Assembly: GCF_030684315.1 (NCBI RefSeq)
Contig: NC_081370.1
Coordinates: 44,410,728-44,474,727, forward strand
DNA from: Stegostoma tigrinum
Taxonomy: Eukaryota
DNA: 64,000 bases
Direction of reading: 5' to 3'
This document shows, in pieces, positions 47,430 through 59,710 of the stretch; the first letter of the stretch is position 1; every line of letters begins with the position of its first letter. The notes beneath the pieces were generated by a model. It was not told the DNA's origin, searched no databases, and was given only the letters and a program-made list of their open reading frames with translations. The translations under genes and the position numbers were made by a program.

Positions 47430-48200
47430 AAGGTCAGGTTATAATTTCAAAATTTACAGATGACAAACTTAGACTTGTGGCAAATAGTAAGGAAAATATT
47501 GACAGATTTCGTGGCAACATTGACAGTCTGCTGACATGGGCAGACACATGGTAGATTCATCTTAATGTAAAGAAGTATGAAGTGCTTCATTTTGGTATGA
47601 AAAAAGTAGGAGAAATAATATAAAACAAATGGTGCATTTTTATTGGGAATGCATGGCAGAAAGACTGGGGTGTGTTCAACAAAAATCTACAAAAGTGGCG
47701 GGACAAGTTGATCATAAAATGTGAGGCTGGATGAACACAGCAGGCCCAGCAGCATCTCAGGAGCACAAGTTGATTCAGACTGCTTTTGCTTAAAAAATCT
47801 TAGAGGAGGCACAGAGTGGAAATCAAGGAAATTATGCTAAACAGAAAGCTTTAGTTATGCCTCAGCTTGATTTATAGGCCTACTTTACGCTGTGTCTAAG
47901 TTTTGATAAAATATCACCAATTAAGGGCATTACACTCCAGGGAAGATACCTTAGAGAAGGGGCAGTTAATGTTTCTTACAGTGCTAATAGGGATGAGAGG
48001 CTGCATTATCTAGAGAAGGTGTAGTTCCCCTTGGAGCAGTAAAGGTTAACAGCTGGTGTTCAATATCATGAAGAGTTTTGATTGTGAGAACAATGAGGAA
48101 TTGTTTCCAGTGGCAGAAGGTTCATTAATTTGGAAACATAGAATTAAATAGATTGGCATATGAACCAGAGATGATATTTTTTGCGATCTTACTTGCATTC
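47430..48200 (+). mobile_element. Highly decayed CR1 RT to 3' fragment
   Basis: 'aatttcaaaatttacagatgacaaa' (ISKFTDD), 'tgggcagacacatgg' (WADTW). Confidence 0.7.
47713..47764 (-). mobile_element. 52-bp PLE micro-insert, 10-bp TSD
   Basis: acaagttgat at 47703-47712 and 47765-47774; insert matches 5338-5390. Confidence 0.88.
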
Positions 48201-48234
48201 TCTGAAAGGATGGGAGAACAGTAGGAATAACCTC

Positions 48235-48510
48235 ATAGAGTCATATAGCACAGAACAGGCCCCACGGCCCATTGAGTCTGAGCTGACCTACTGACACTGA
48301 TGCCACTTACCGGCACTTGGCCTTAAATATTATGACGTTTCAAATTCTCATCTATGTACTTTTTAAAGGTTGTGAGTTTTTTTTTGCCTCTACTGTCCTC
48401 CCAGGCAGTGCATTTCAGATTCCTACCACCCTCTGGGTGAAAACAAACTTCCTCAACTTCCCTCTAAGCCTCCTGCCCTTCACTTTAAAATTGTGACCCC
48501 CCATTATTGA
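48235..48510 (-). mobile_element. CR1 3' end
   Basis: 'catagagtcatatagcacagaacaggccc', 'accaccctctgggtgaaaac'. Confidence 0.8.
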
Positions 48511-49310
48511 AATACATGTGAAGGATTGGAGGAGAATATAGCTGGGCTGATCAGTATGTTTGCACTCAACTCAAAGATTAGAGAGCTGTGGATTACGAAC
48601 AGGGTCGCCAGAATATATTGCAAGATGTAGATAGCTGGAGACTTAGGCGAAGAAATGGCAGATGGAGTTTAATCTGGGGTGATGCATTTTAGAAGACCTA
48701 TTGCAAGAGGGAAGTATACAGTAAGTGGCAGAACCCTTAGTAGCACCAACATACAGAGAGATCTGGGTGTACAGATCAACAGTTCCCTGAAAGTGGCAAT
48801 ACAAGTAGATTAGGTTGTCAAGAAGGCATACAGCATGACTTGCCTTCATTTGTAGGGACATAGATTACAAAACATGGCATGTAATGTTACAGGTGAATAG
48901 AACTTAGTTGGGTAACATTTGGAATATTGAGTACAGTTCTAATTGCCACTCTACAAGAAGGATGTAGAGATTTTGGTGAGGGTACCGACATGGTTTACCA
49001 GGATGTTGCCTGGTTTGAATTGATTGATTGATTGCGTTATTGTCACATGTACCTAAGTGCAGTGAAAAGCTTTGTCTGTGAGTGTTACAGGAAGATCACA
49101 GTGACCAAGGACATAGAGATCACAGGGTTAAAGGAAGTTGGACAAAGTAAGGCATACAGGTTACACCACACAGACAAGATCAAAATTAACCAGATCAGCA
49201 TTATTCGAAGTTAGAGAGCCCATTCATCAGTCTAATGATGGCTGAAAAGAAGCTGTTTTTGAACCTGTTGCTGTGTGTGTATTCAAGCTTCTGCATTTTC
49301 TGCCTGATGG

Positions 49311-49534
49311 AAGAGTTTGTAGGAGAGCATTACCGGAGTAGGATGAGACTTTGATGATGTTGGCAGTCTTTCCGCAGCAATGAGATGTGTACATGGAGAC
49401 CATGGGTGTGACTTTGGCTTCCAAGAGTTTGTAGGAGAGCATTACCGGAGTAGGATGAGACTTTGATGATGTTGGCAGTCTTTCCGCAGCAATGAGATGT
49501 GTAAATGGAGACCATGGGTGTGACTTTGGCTTCC
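49311..49534. repeat. 112-bp tandem duplication
   Basis: 49311-49422 and 49423-49534 are identical except for one base. Confidence 0.95.
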
Positions 49535-49837
49535 ATGACAGTCTGGGCTGTGCACACCACCTTCTGTAGTTTCTTATGGTCCTGGGCAGAGCAGTTGCTG
49601 TACGAGGCTGTTATGCACCCAGACAGTATGCCAAATTTCCTGAGCCGCTTGAGGAAGAAGAGGCATTGTTGTGCCTTTTTGACTGTTGCATCTACGTGGA
49701 AAGTCCAGTGCAGGTTGTCAGTTATTGTCACTCCTGGGAACTTGACAGTCAACCTTCTTACCTCCGCTCCGTTGATATAGGTGGGGCATGTTCTCTTCCT
49801 TTCTTTCTGAAGTCAACGATCAGTTCTTCCAACATTG

Positions 49838-49985
49838 AGAGACAGAGCCTGGTATTGCATCACATGGTCACCCTTTGTTTACATGTGCATAGCACTTAAC
49901 ACTGGTCAGTTTTCTTAGAACTAGCTCTCAGAGTGAGCAGAACATCTGACATCCTGCTTATATCTGTCAGCCAGGGCGCCCTGGT
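49838..49985 (-). mobile_element. Partial solo LTR nested in Rex1
   Basis: 'gtcaccctttgtttac...agctctcagagtgagcagaac...tgtcagccaggg' matches 50975-51095. Confidence 0.8.
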
Positions 49986-50942
49986 TATTATCATTGCACC
50001 ATGTCACAAAGCCCTCTATCTCCTTTCTATATTGGCTATGAGGACAAACTTGATTAGCTTACAGTTGAGTGTCGAAGGATAAGGGAAACCTGATAGAAGT
50101 TTACAAAATTAGAGAGGCATGGATCGTCGGAGTCTTTTTCCCAGGGTAGAAATGTCAATTTCCGGGGTACATGTGTTTAAGGTAAAAGGGCTAAGTATAA
50201 AGGAGACATGAGAGGCAAATATTTGACACAGAAGGTGATGAAAGCTAGGAATACATTGCCAGAGGAAATGGTGGAGGCTGGTACAACAGCAACATTTAAG
50301 AGGCGTCTTGACAGAAATATGAATAGGCAGGGAATAGAGGGATATGGACCATGTAGAGGCAAAAGGTGTTTATTTTAAAATGGTATCATTTGTCAGCACA
50401 GTCTTGATGGGCTGAAGGGCCTGTTCATGTGCTGTACAGTTCTTTGTTCTTTGTTATTGACCCTTCACCAAGGTGAACTGCTGCTTCATATCCACTCTCT
50501 CCATCCACACTCAGACTTCATGAAGGTGACAATGTTTTTCCAATACAGGGCAGCAATGAACAAATTGTATTTTTGCAAGATTCCAACATTTTTAAGGCTG
50601 GTTTTACTGAAATTGGATGTTCTTTGCAAATTGTTGTTAAATTCAAAATTGTCCAATCTCTCTGGTGGGATATAAACTTTCATTCCCTACATTATAAGTG
50701 CAGGCCTGTGGAATTATAGCCAGAATGTAACTAAAATACAATTGTAATGATATAAATCATCCACCAAGGAGAAAGCTCTTAGGAATAGCTGTCTATGTTC
50801 AATTTGTAATGTAATAAAGATGTTCAGATGTTTATCGAATGCTTTGCAGGCACATTTGGAAACTGAAATGGCTGGCAGTGCCACTAAAAATTAAATGATA
50901 AAATGAAAGTCTTAACATGTCTCCCCATTGTCGTGTACACAG

Positions 50943-51178
50943 TGAAATAACTTCACAAAGCCTGATATCCCTTCACATAGTCACCCTTTGTTTACCTGTG
51001 CATAGTACTCGACACTAGTCCAGTTTCCTTAGGGCCAGCTCTCAGAGTGAGCAGAACCTCTGACACTCCTGCTTAAATTTGTCAGCCAGGGCTCCCTGAT
51101 TGGACCAGATTAACAGCCTCAATCAGGGAACTCATTGTCTATGAAGTCCACCTGGCCTTCCTTGTTACAGTTACTACA
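50943..51178 (-). mobile_element. Solo LTR, 236 bp, 5-bp TSD cacag
   Basis: tgaaat...actaca termini; cacag at 50938-50942 and 51179-51183. Confidence 0.85.
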
Positions 51179-51989
51179 CACAGCACAAGTGATTGGATGT
51201 ATCTGTAACGAATGTGCTTTTGAGATTTCTGCACAATCAGCTGTGAATGTAAGTAAAATGATGTTATAGATTGAAAACTATTCGTGGCCTGTCTATCTTC
51301 GATTTGATTTCATGATCAACTTGGGCTCACCTGAGTCCATGTCCTAAAATTGATTAATTTTTGAATACTCTACATGGTAGAAATTTCACTCAGTGATGCC
51401 AACTGGTCATCATATTATGTATTACAGGGCCCATCATACCCTGCGCCTGATAGTCAGTTTTATTGATGTTAATGTAATTAGAATTCGGGTGCCGTGTTAA
51501 AAGGCCAACTGACATCATCTGTCATGTCCCTGAGACAGATTTCAATCCCTGCAACCCTTCCTTTGCTGGCACAGGTAGGAATCCTTTGATCTGAGGTATT
51601 AGGAAATTGAAAATGCAATGTGGAGAATTAATAAATAATTTCCATCCTTAATTTCCAATTTTATATTGAATCTGTATCATTTGGTTACCAACTTATCCAT
51701 ATATACAAACTGTTTATCATTCCTTTCTCCGTGCCTACTCTTTTAAAATCCTTCATTATTTTTATCATCTCTCTTAAGGGGATATGATAACTAAATGGCA
51801 TTTTCATTGGTCTGTTAATCCAGAGACCCTAGTATTTTCCAGGGACCTGAGTTCAAATCTTGTTATGGAAGATGGTGGAAATAGAATTCAATAAATATTT
51901 AGAATTGAAAGATTAATGATAACCATGAACCCATTGTTGATTGTTGGAAAAACCCATCTGGTTCATTTATGTCCTTGAGGGAGGGAAAC

Positions 51990-52466
51990 CACCGCATCCC
52001 AAAACCAGCCCAGTTCGTCCCCTCCCCCCACTGCACCACACAACCAGCCCAGCTCTTCCCCTCCACCCACTGCATCCTAAAACCAGTCCAACCTGTCTCT
52101 GCCTCCCTAACCTGTTCTTCCCCTCACCCATCCCTTCCTCCCACCCCAAGCCGCACCTCCATCTCCTACCTACTAACCTCATCCCACCTCCTTGACCTGT
52201 CCGTCTTCCCTGGACTGACCTATCCCCTCCCTACTTCCCCACCTATACTATCCTCTCCACCTATCTTCTTTTCTCTCCATCTTTGGTCCGCCTCCCCCTC
52301 TCTCCTTATTTATTCCAGAACCCTCACCCCATCCCCCTCTCTGATGAAGGGTCTAGGCCCGAAACGTCAGCTTTTGTGCTCCTGAGATGCTGCTGGGCCT
52401 GCTGTGTTCATCCAGCCTCACATTTTATTATCTTGGATTCTCCAGCATCTGCAGTTCCCATTATCA
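51990..52466 (+). mobile_element. PLE family A pseudo-LTR (~480 bp) with intact hammerhead and full tail
   Basis: Near-identical to 6933-7366 plus the tail 'ttggattctccagcatctgcagttcccattatc'. Confidence 0.93.
52339..52370 (+). ncRNA. Minimal type I hammerhead ribozyme (PLE-associated), predicted cleavage after GUC at 52368
   Basis: ct-CTGATGA-a-GGGTCTAGGCCC-GAAAC-GTC-ag: conserved core, stem II, loopless palindromic stem III (ACGT). Confidence 0.75.
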
Positions 52467-54114
52467 CTGCCATCCTTACCTGGTGTGCCCTGCATGTGAC
52501 TCCAGACCCACAGCAATGTGGTTGATCCTTAACTGCCCCCTGGGCAATTAGGGATGGACAATAAATGCTGCCTAGCCAGTGATGCCCTCATCCCATGAAT
52601 GAATGGAAAAAAAGCTAAGGAGAGCATATTTAGTTGGTGTCGATGGTGAAATGGTGATAATGTTACTGGAATAGTAGCCCAGAGGCCCATGCTAATGATC
52701 AGCAGCAAATTCCCTCATGGCAGCTAGTAAATTTTAAATTCAATGAATAAACATTGTAAACTTAAATCTAATTCCAATGACGATGAACATGAAACATTCA
52801 TTTTTCTTTGTTGTTACTGTGAAAATGTACCTTAGGTTACCTCCAGAAAAGGAAATATGCCATCCTTACCTGTTTGAGAAAATGGTTGAGCAAGCCTTTC
52901 AGTTCGATGCCAGTTATACTGCTGTTTCTTCACTGTTGCTGAGACCAAATCCTGGAAAATCTTTACTTAAAAGTACTATTGGATACACCTACCTCCACAG
53001 CCTGCTGTGGTTCTGGGCTACCAAATTTCACCTGGTTGCTGTGATCCATTAGTATCTTAAATTGGGGCAACTTGAGGCCAAAATTGGCCACAAAAATAAC
53101 TTCATTGCAAATGGATTGGTTAAGACTGAAGTATTAGTCTGATCTAAAATTGGTTTTGATTGAGTTTGGGCTAACGTGAAATGTTCCTTATGAATTGTCC
53201 AGTGGTTGTCCACCATGCAACTGGAGCAATAAGCTCCACAACATATTCGGTTCCTGAGTTTAGCAAAAAGCAAGGGCAAAATAAAAGACAATTAGGCAAA
53301 GTAAAACATACCACAAATTGTGATCAGAGCGAGTTTACAAAATTGTCAATCAGAATTTACAAGTATGTCCAAACTTAACAATTGTGTCAATTTAAAATGT
53401 GGAAGATAAAATGTGCTGATTTATGCAGGTAGTCAATATGAGGAAATAGTTACAATGTACCAATAAAAAAAACTTCAAGAATACTTACACTAAATTTACT
53501 TGACAAGGAATTATAGAAAGCCCAGCTGGGAATTAACACCTGCATATCATCAATACATTATATCCAAAATTTGTAGGAACAATGAGTCAACAAATATGTG
53601 AAGCTAGAGTATGGAGAGGAAAATTTATAAGTAGCCAATAAGAGGAAATAGTTACAATGTACAATGAATTTATTTCAAAGGGCTTGTGTGTGAAATGTAA
53701 CATGAGATTTGAACAGACAGACAACTCAAAGATCACAAAGAAGGGATTCTTTATCCCACTAGCGTCTGGCCATTACCAAATGAAGGAAAATTAAAGATAA
53801 ACAAGGATCTATTTACAGTATGTCCATGGAACTAACTCTGCAGGTTACATTGGGCAGAAGAATCTTTTCTCTACCTGCTCCCTGTCCATCAAAAACACCT
53901 TTTAATCCTCTCCCAAGAACCCATTTGACTTCTCCAGCTGCAGGTGAAGGTCACTGCGAACTGCTCAGCTCCTTCGCTCATTACCCTCCACAACTGTCAC
54001 CACCTCCTGCTGGAGGTCCCTTATGCATGACTAATAGGTTTAATTGAACTTTGGTGGTTAGAATGTTCAAATCAGTATTCTGCTCTGGCATCGAACTGGG
54101 TTGTGATGATAAGA

Positions 54115-54402
54115 CTTAGATTCCCTACACTACCCTTCGGCTCAACAAGTCCACACTGACCCTCAGAGCATCCTACCCCGAGCCATTCCCCATAGCCCAC
54201 CTAATCTGCATATCCCTGAACACAACGGACAATTTAGCATGGCCAATCCACCGAGCTTGCACATCTTTGGACTGTGGGATGAAACCCACACAGATACAGG
54301 GAGAATGTGTCAACTCCACAGAGACAGTCACCTGAGGGTGGCATTGAACCTGGGTCGCTGGCACTGTGAGGCAGCAGTGCTAATCACAGAGTCACCGTGC
54401 TG
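54115..54402 (-). mobile_element. HE1-type SINE
   Basis: Reverse complement of HE1 with an internal deletion. Confidence 0.85.
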
Positions 54403-55114
54403 CAGCAGTTGGTCAAGAAGTTCTTTTCAGCCTCTTATCTGTACTGGTTCTTCCAGGGATCCTGGCTGTGTGACATATTAGCGCCACTGGGGTCCAGATA
54501 AGTCAGGATTGAGGAGTTACATGATCGGCAGCACTTGTTGCTTCAGTTCCTGCCTCTTGTCAGGGTGTTCATGCACTATTTTCCTGGGCAGGTGTAGACC
54601 AGTCCACCCTGGGTGCACTCCCTGGATTTACAAAACACAACTCACTCCTAGATTCCACATCACTCTTCAACACCACTTCACTCGAGCCATCAGGCACTGA
54701 CATTTCAGATTCTGCGACACCTCTGAATGAGCTTCTTGCTTTCACATCGTTTACCAAACGCCTGTCTTCAAGTAACTCCCCTCCATGAACTATTGTCTAA
54801 CACTGTCTCCCATCGCCTCACCCATCCCCACCTCCCACACTGCCCAGTTACTGGCTCAACAACATAAGTGTAGCCACCTGAGTCTAGATGCTTGATGACT
54901 CTGTAGATATGAAGATGTCACACAGGTTGTTACACCTTGAGCATGTTGAGCAGTATTCAATCTTCCAAGCTCGTAATATGCTGCTCCTAGCAGTTACTAT
55001 ACACACCAATCCAAAGAGACCCAATATCTTTTAATATTGCAACCCCAGCACCACAGGTAGTCTGAACATCCTTAATTTCACTGGAGTATTGATCAAATCA
55101 CAATTACTAGAAAC

Positions 55115-55370
55115 ACAGAATAGTGAAAACAGAGAAAATAGGAGCAGAAGGTCATTTGGCCTGTTGAACCAATATGAACACGGCTGATCATCCAATTCCA
55201 TATCCTGTTTTCACTTTCACCCCATACTCTTTGATCCCTTCGGCCCAAAGAATTATATCCAATTCCTTGTTGAAAACTTTCAATGTTTTGGCCTCAATTA
55301 CTTCTGTGGCAGCTATGTTGAAAGGCACCCCACTCCCTGGGTGAAGAAATTTCTCTTCATCTCATTCCTA
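55115..55370 (-). mobile_element. CR1 3' fragment
   Basis: 'aataggagcagaaggtcatttggcc', 'cactccctgggtgaagaaattt'. Confidence 0.75.
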
Positions 55371-55904
55371 ACACTTGGTTAGAGAGCAAGATGCAGACCC
55401 TCCACTTTAACATATCCCGCACCAACAGTGTGTTTGCACCCTGGCATCAGTGAACCATCCTCAATTGTCACGGCAGTATAGTTTCTTTGTCCATCAGCTG
55501 ATGGAACATATCTTCTCCTGCTCCTTAATAAACTCAGTAAACTATCAGAAAATTGCTTTCAAATACTGGTAATAGGTAACTGTCATCACAAAACCCCTAA
55601 AATCAACACTGTTGAGCCAAGATGGCAGTTGAAAAGCACAAGAAATCTGGTGGTGTTATCTACAGTGATCAGATAAGATTGCTGAAAGTAGAATCTTCAA
55701 TTTTACCACAGAAGTTCTCCATAAAGACTATACTCCATTTCTGAATTCATTATTGCTGTTTTCATATCATCTGGGGGAGGGCTTGAGTGTGTGTGTCTCT
55801 CAGATGGACAATTGAGAAAAAGTAGGAGTCATGGAGATCTTGGCTGTGCTGCAAGAGCCTGTAGGATATCGACCAATTCATTGATTCAGAATAGGCTAAT
55901 ACTG

Positions 55905-58520
55905 TAAAACCATAGGAAATAGGAGTAAGCCATTCAGCCCTTCGAGCCTATGCTGCCATTCAGCAGGATCATGGCTCATCTGACATTCCTCACATCCACT
56001 TTCCTGTTCTTTCCCCCTAATCCTTGATACCCCGACTGATCAAGAATTTATCTATCACAGTTTTAAATGTATGCAAGGACTCAGACCCTGCAGCTCTCAG
56101 TGAGGAGAAAGTCAAGGACTCATAATTCTGAGAAAAGAAATTACTTCTTATTTCAGTCTCAAATTGGCACCACTTTCTTCTGAGGCTATGGCCTCTGTCC
56201 TTACATTCTCCCATGAGGGGAAACATCTTCTCAGCATTTACCTTGACAAGCTCCTTAAGAATCCTATATGTTTCAATGACATCACTACTAATACTTCTAA
56301 CCACCAAGTATTAGAGTCCAAACCTGTTTAAAAATTGTTCATAAGACAATCCCTCCATAGTGAATACCATTCTAATGAACCTTCTGTAAACTGCCTCCAA
56401 TGAAATTATATCTTTTCTTAAATAAGGGGACCAAACTACTCGCAGTACTCCAGATATGGTCTCACCATCACCTTATACGGTTACAGTAAGTCTTCACTAC
56501 TCTTATAATCCAACCCCTTGAAATAAGGGCCGACATTCTTTTAACCTTCCTGATTAACTACTGCCCCTGCATGCTAGCTTTCTGTGTTTCATGAGCAGGA
56601 ATTTCCAAGTCACTATGTGTTGCAATTTTCTGCAGTTTTTCTCTATTTAAATAAGACTCCCTTCTTTTGTTCTCCCTTCCAAAATAAACAATTTTACATT
56701 TTCCCACATTATACTTTATTTGCCAATATTTTGCCCACTTACTTAACCTATCAATATCTTGCTATAAACTGGTCCTATCCCTCTCACAACTTGCCTTTCC
56801 GCCTGTTTCTGCGCCATCTGCAAATTTGGCTGCAGAACATTCATTTCCTTCCTCCAAGTCATAAAAAATATAATGTAAATAGTTGTGGTCCCAGCATTGG
56901 TCTTTATAGAATCCCACTGGTTACAGGTCACCAGTCTGAGAAAAAAATCCTTATACTTACTTGCTGTTTCCTTCCTATCAGCTAATACGCTATCCATGCA
57001 AATATACTACTGCCAACATTATGGGCTGTTAGCCTACTAATTAACTTCTGTGAGATACCTTGTCAAACTCCTTCTGGAAGTCCAAATATCACACATCTAT
57101 TGGACCTCCTGTATCCACTCTGGTTGAAACTTCCTCAAAAATCTCTAATAAATTAGTTAGACAAAATTACCCTTTCATGAAGCCATCTCGACTGCGCTGG
57201 ATTAAATTAGGATTTTCCAAATGTGCTGCTATTATTTCCTTATTAATTGATTCTAATTTTTCCAATAGATGTTAGGCTAATTGGCTAATCGCTCTATTTT
57301 CACCTGCATTTTACCTCCTTCTCTTTTTGAATAGGGGTGTTTCGTTGGCAGTTTCCCCAATCTTCTGGTGCTTCTCCAGAGTCCAAGGACTTTTCAAAGA
57401 TTACATCAATGCATTCACTACTTCTCTAGCTACCTCTTTTAGGATGCAAGCCATCTGGGCCAGGGGTATTTTCTGCCTTTATCCCCTTTAGTTTGTCCAA
57501 TATGACTTATCTAATGATAGTGATGGTACTTAATTTGTCCTCCACTAATCTTTATATTAATGGGATGTTTGAAGTATCTTTCACTGTAAATGTAGATGCA
57601 AAATATCTTTTTAACTCCTCTGCTATTTCCTTGATCCCCATTGCTATCTTCACAGATTCATTTTCTACGGGTCCTAAGTTCACATTGAACGCTCTTTTCT
57701 TTTTATTTACACATGAGAGGAGAAGCTTGGATTGTTAGTTTTCATATTCCTTGCCAGTTTGCCCTCTATCTTTAGTTTATTTTCTCTATCTTTATTATCT
57801 TGTTGGTCCTCTTTGCTGGCTTCTGAATTTATCCTAGCCTTTGGGGCTAACTCTGACTTTGGCCTATTTATATCATGTTTTACCTCCTTAAATGTCTGTC
57901 ACTGCTTGCTTACTATCTTTACTGCTAATCTATCTGCCCAGTTTACTCCAGCAAACTCTATCCTCAATTCATTGCAATTTCCTTTATTTAAGTTAAACAC
58001 AGTTGTTTCTGACCCAAGTTTCTAACACTCAGATTGAATATTAAATTGAATATTCAATATTGTATATTGAATATGATCACTACCTCCTGGGGATCTTTTA
58101 CTCTAATGTTATTTATTAAACCTGATTTATTACCCATTACCAGATCTAAGGTAGCTAGATCCGAACAGTTCCAACCAGCTCCCGAGTTGGCTCCAGGACG
58201 TATTCTTCTAGGAAATGATCCCTAATGCACTGTTGCCTCAGCTATTCTTTCCAACTTGACATGATCAACATGAAGATTAAAGTCATGCATAATTATTGTT
58301 CTATTCTTTTCACATGCTTTCATTATTTGTTGATTTTTACCCTTTCTTACGATGTGGCTGTCGTTAGGTTGGGGTGGGGGATTGCTATACAATTAGCCTA
58401 TTAATGTCTTCTTTCCCTTGTTACTACTTACCTCTACCTAACTGGGATCAATATAATCCAAGCCTGGGTATCTCTCACAACTGTCCTCATTTCATTTCTT
58501 ATTAACAGGGCTACCCTGCG
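55905..58520 (-). mobile_element. Long decayed CR1 ORF2 to 3' end
   Basis: ORF 56017-56307 'DVIETYRILK..KMFPLMG..RGHSLR'; RT and linker motifs; tail 'cataggaaataggagtaagccattcagccc'. Confidence 0.88.
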
Positions 58521-59179
58521 CCAGGTTGGAGCGGACTATAATGAATACGGTCTGTGTTACATCTTTGGATTTTGCTTGTGACTTTATATATGTATGCCCA
58601 TATTACCGTTGTTCTGTGCATCTATCTTTATATCTGTTCAGCACAAAATTTTTGCAGTATTGTGCATGTCGCAATGGGAAAATCTGAATTTGTATTTTGT
58701 AGATGAAGAGTTTCCAGAATTGCAATTAAACCTATAGGGATATCAATATGCAAAACAAATCAGATTTGACTTGAATATTGATTGACTAAACCACTAAACC
58801 TACAATATTAATTAATGATCATTGAATGCTTTGATTTGTAGTGGGGCCAGCAAAACAAAAACAATTATCAATCAACTTAAAACAAGGGAGGAGGTAAAGC
58901 ATTGTGTGCGAAATTTAAAAAGTCATTTTTGACATTTGGTACTGCTCTTACAAATGACACTAAACCCAGATACAACATTAAAGCCAAGGAATTGAAGCTA
59001 AAGAATAGGCTTAGGTAAATTAACATGAATGTGCTAGCCTTGCTGCTGTGTGAAAACAATGGTTAAATTTAAATTGAGTTGAATATTTTGTTAATTGAAG
59101 CATTTTGGTTGCATGAGTATGAGGGTTCACGGTCATGTTTTCACTTGAAGTTGATTAGACTGCCATCCTGCAAGTATTG

Positions 59180-59710
59180 ATTGTCACTGTCAAAAAGCTG
59201 TCCATTATTGAAACCTATAAGATTTCTAGGAAGAGAGATAATGGGAACTGCAGATGCTGGAGAATCCAAGATAACAAAGTGTGGGGCTGGATGAACACAG
59301 CAGGCCAAGCAGCATCTTAGATTTAAGATGTTGCTTGGCCTGCTGTGTTCATCCAGCCCCACACTTTGTTATCTAAGATTTCTAGGGAGCCTGACAGGAT
59401 AGATGGTGAGATGTTTCCTCTTGTCGGGGAGTCTAGCCCCAAGGGGAGCACAGTTTAAAAAAATAAAGGGTCACCAGCTTAAGTTGGAGATGAAGAGAAA
59501 TTCCTTCACAGAGGGCTGTTAGTGTTTGGAATTCCCTTTCACCGCGAGGCTGATTATTAAAGATGGTGTTGGAAAGCTTTTTGATCTATAATGCAGTCAA
59601 GGGTTACAACAGCAGCAATGGAATTAGGTCATAATCAGATCAGCTATGATCTTATTAAATGGTGGAGCAGGCTAACGGTGATGAATGCTACTCTGACTCC
59701 TATTTCTTAT
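59180..59710 (+). mobile_element. CR1 3' fragment hosting a PLE hairpin
   Basis: 'attgaaacctataagatt' (IETYKI), 'gagatgaagagaaattccttc', tail ending 'ctcctatttcttat'. Confidence 0.75.
59231..59373. mobile_element. Hairpin PLE-end insertion (family A, no ribozyme), 13-bp TSD
   Basis: taagatttctagg at 59218-59230 and 59374-59386; arms fold around ~59320. Confidence 0.93.

Larger units (their letters stand above)
49020..50035 (-). mobile_element. Rex1/Babar-type LINE 3' portion with internal tandem duplication and an LTR fragment
   Basis: ORF 49330-49752 'KFPGVTITDNLHW..VKKAQQCLFFLKRLRKFG..DHKKLQKVV'; (attg)n tail. Confidence 0.82.
48515..50450 (+). mobile_element. CR1 RT to 3' end, interrupted by Rex1 at ~49020-50035
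   Basis: WQMEFN near 48655; 'ggatgttgcctggtttga' resumes as 'ggctatgaggacaaactt'; tail 'gggctgaagggcctgttc'. Confidence 0.82.
51780..52612 (+). mobile_element. tRNA-derived SINE with L2/CR1-group tail, split by a PLE pLTR
   Basis: B-box 'gagttcaaatc'; core 'gtccttgagggagggaaac' resumes as 'tgccatccttacctgg'; tail 'gggcaattagggatggacaataaatgc'. Confidence 0.8.

Noticed and set aside
58032-58075. attgaatat micro-repeats and palindrome
   Set aside because: Low-complexity slippage inside an old CR1
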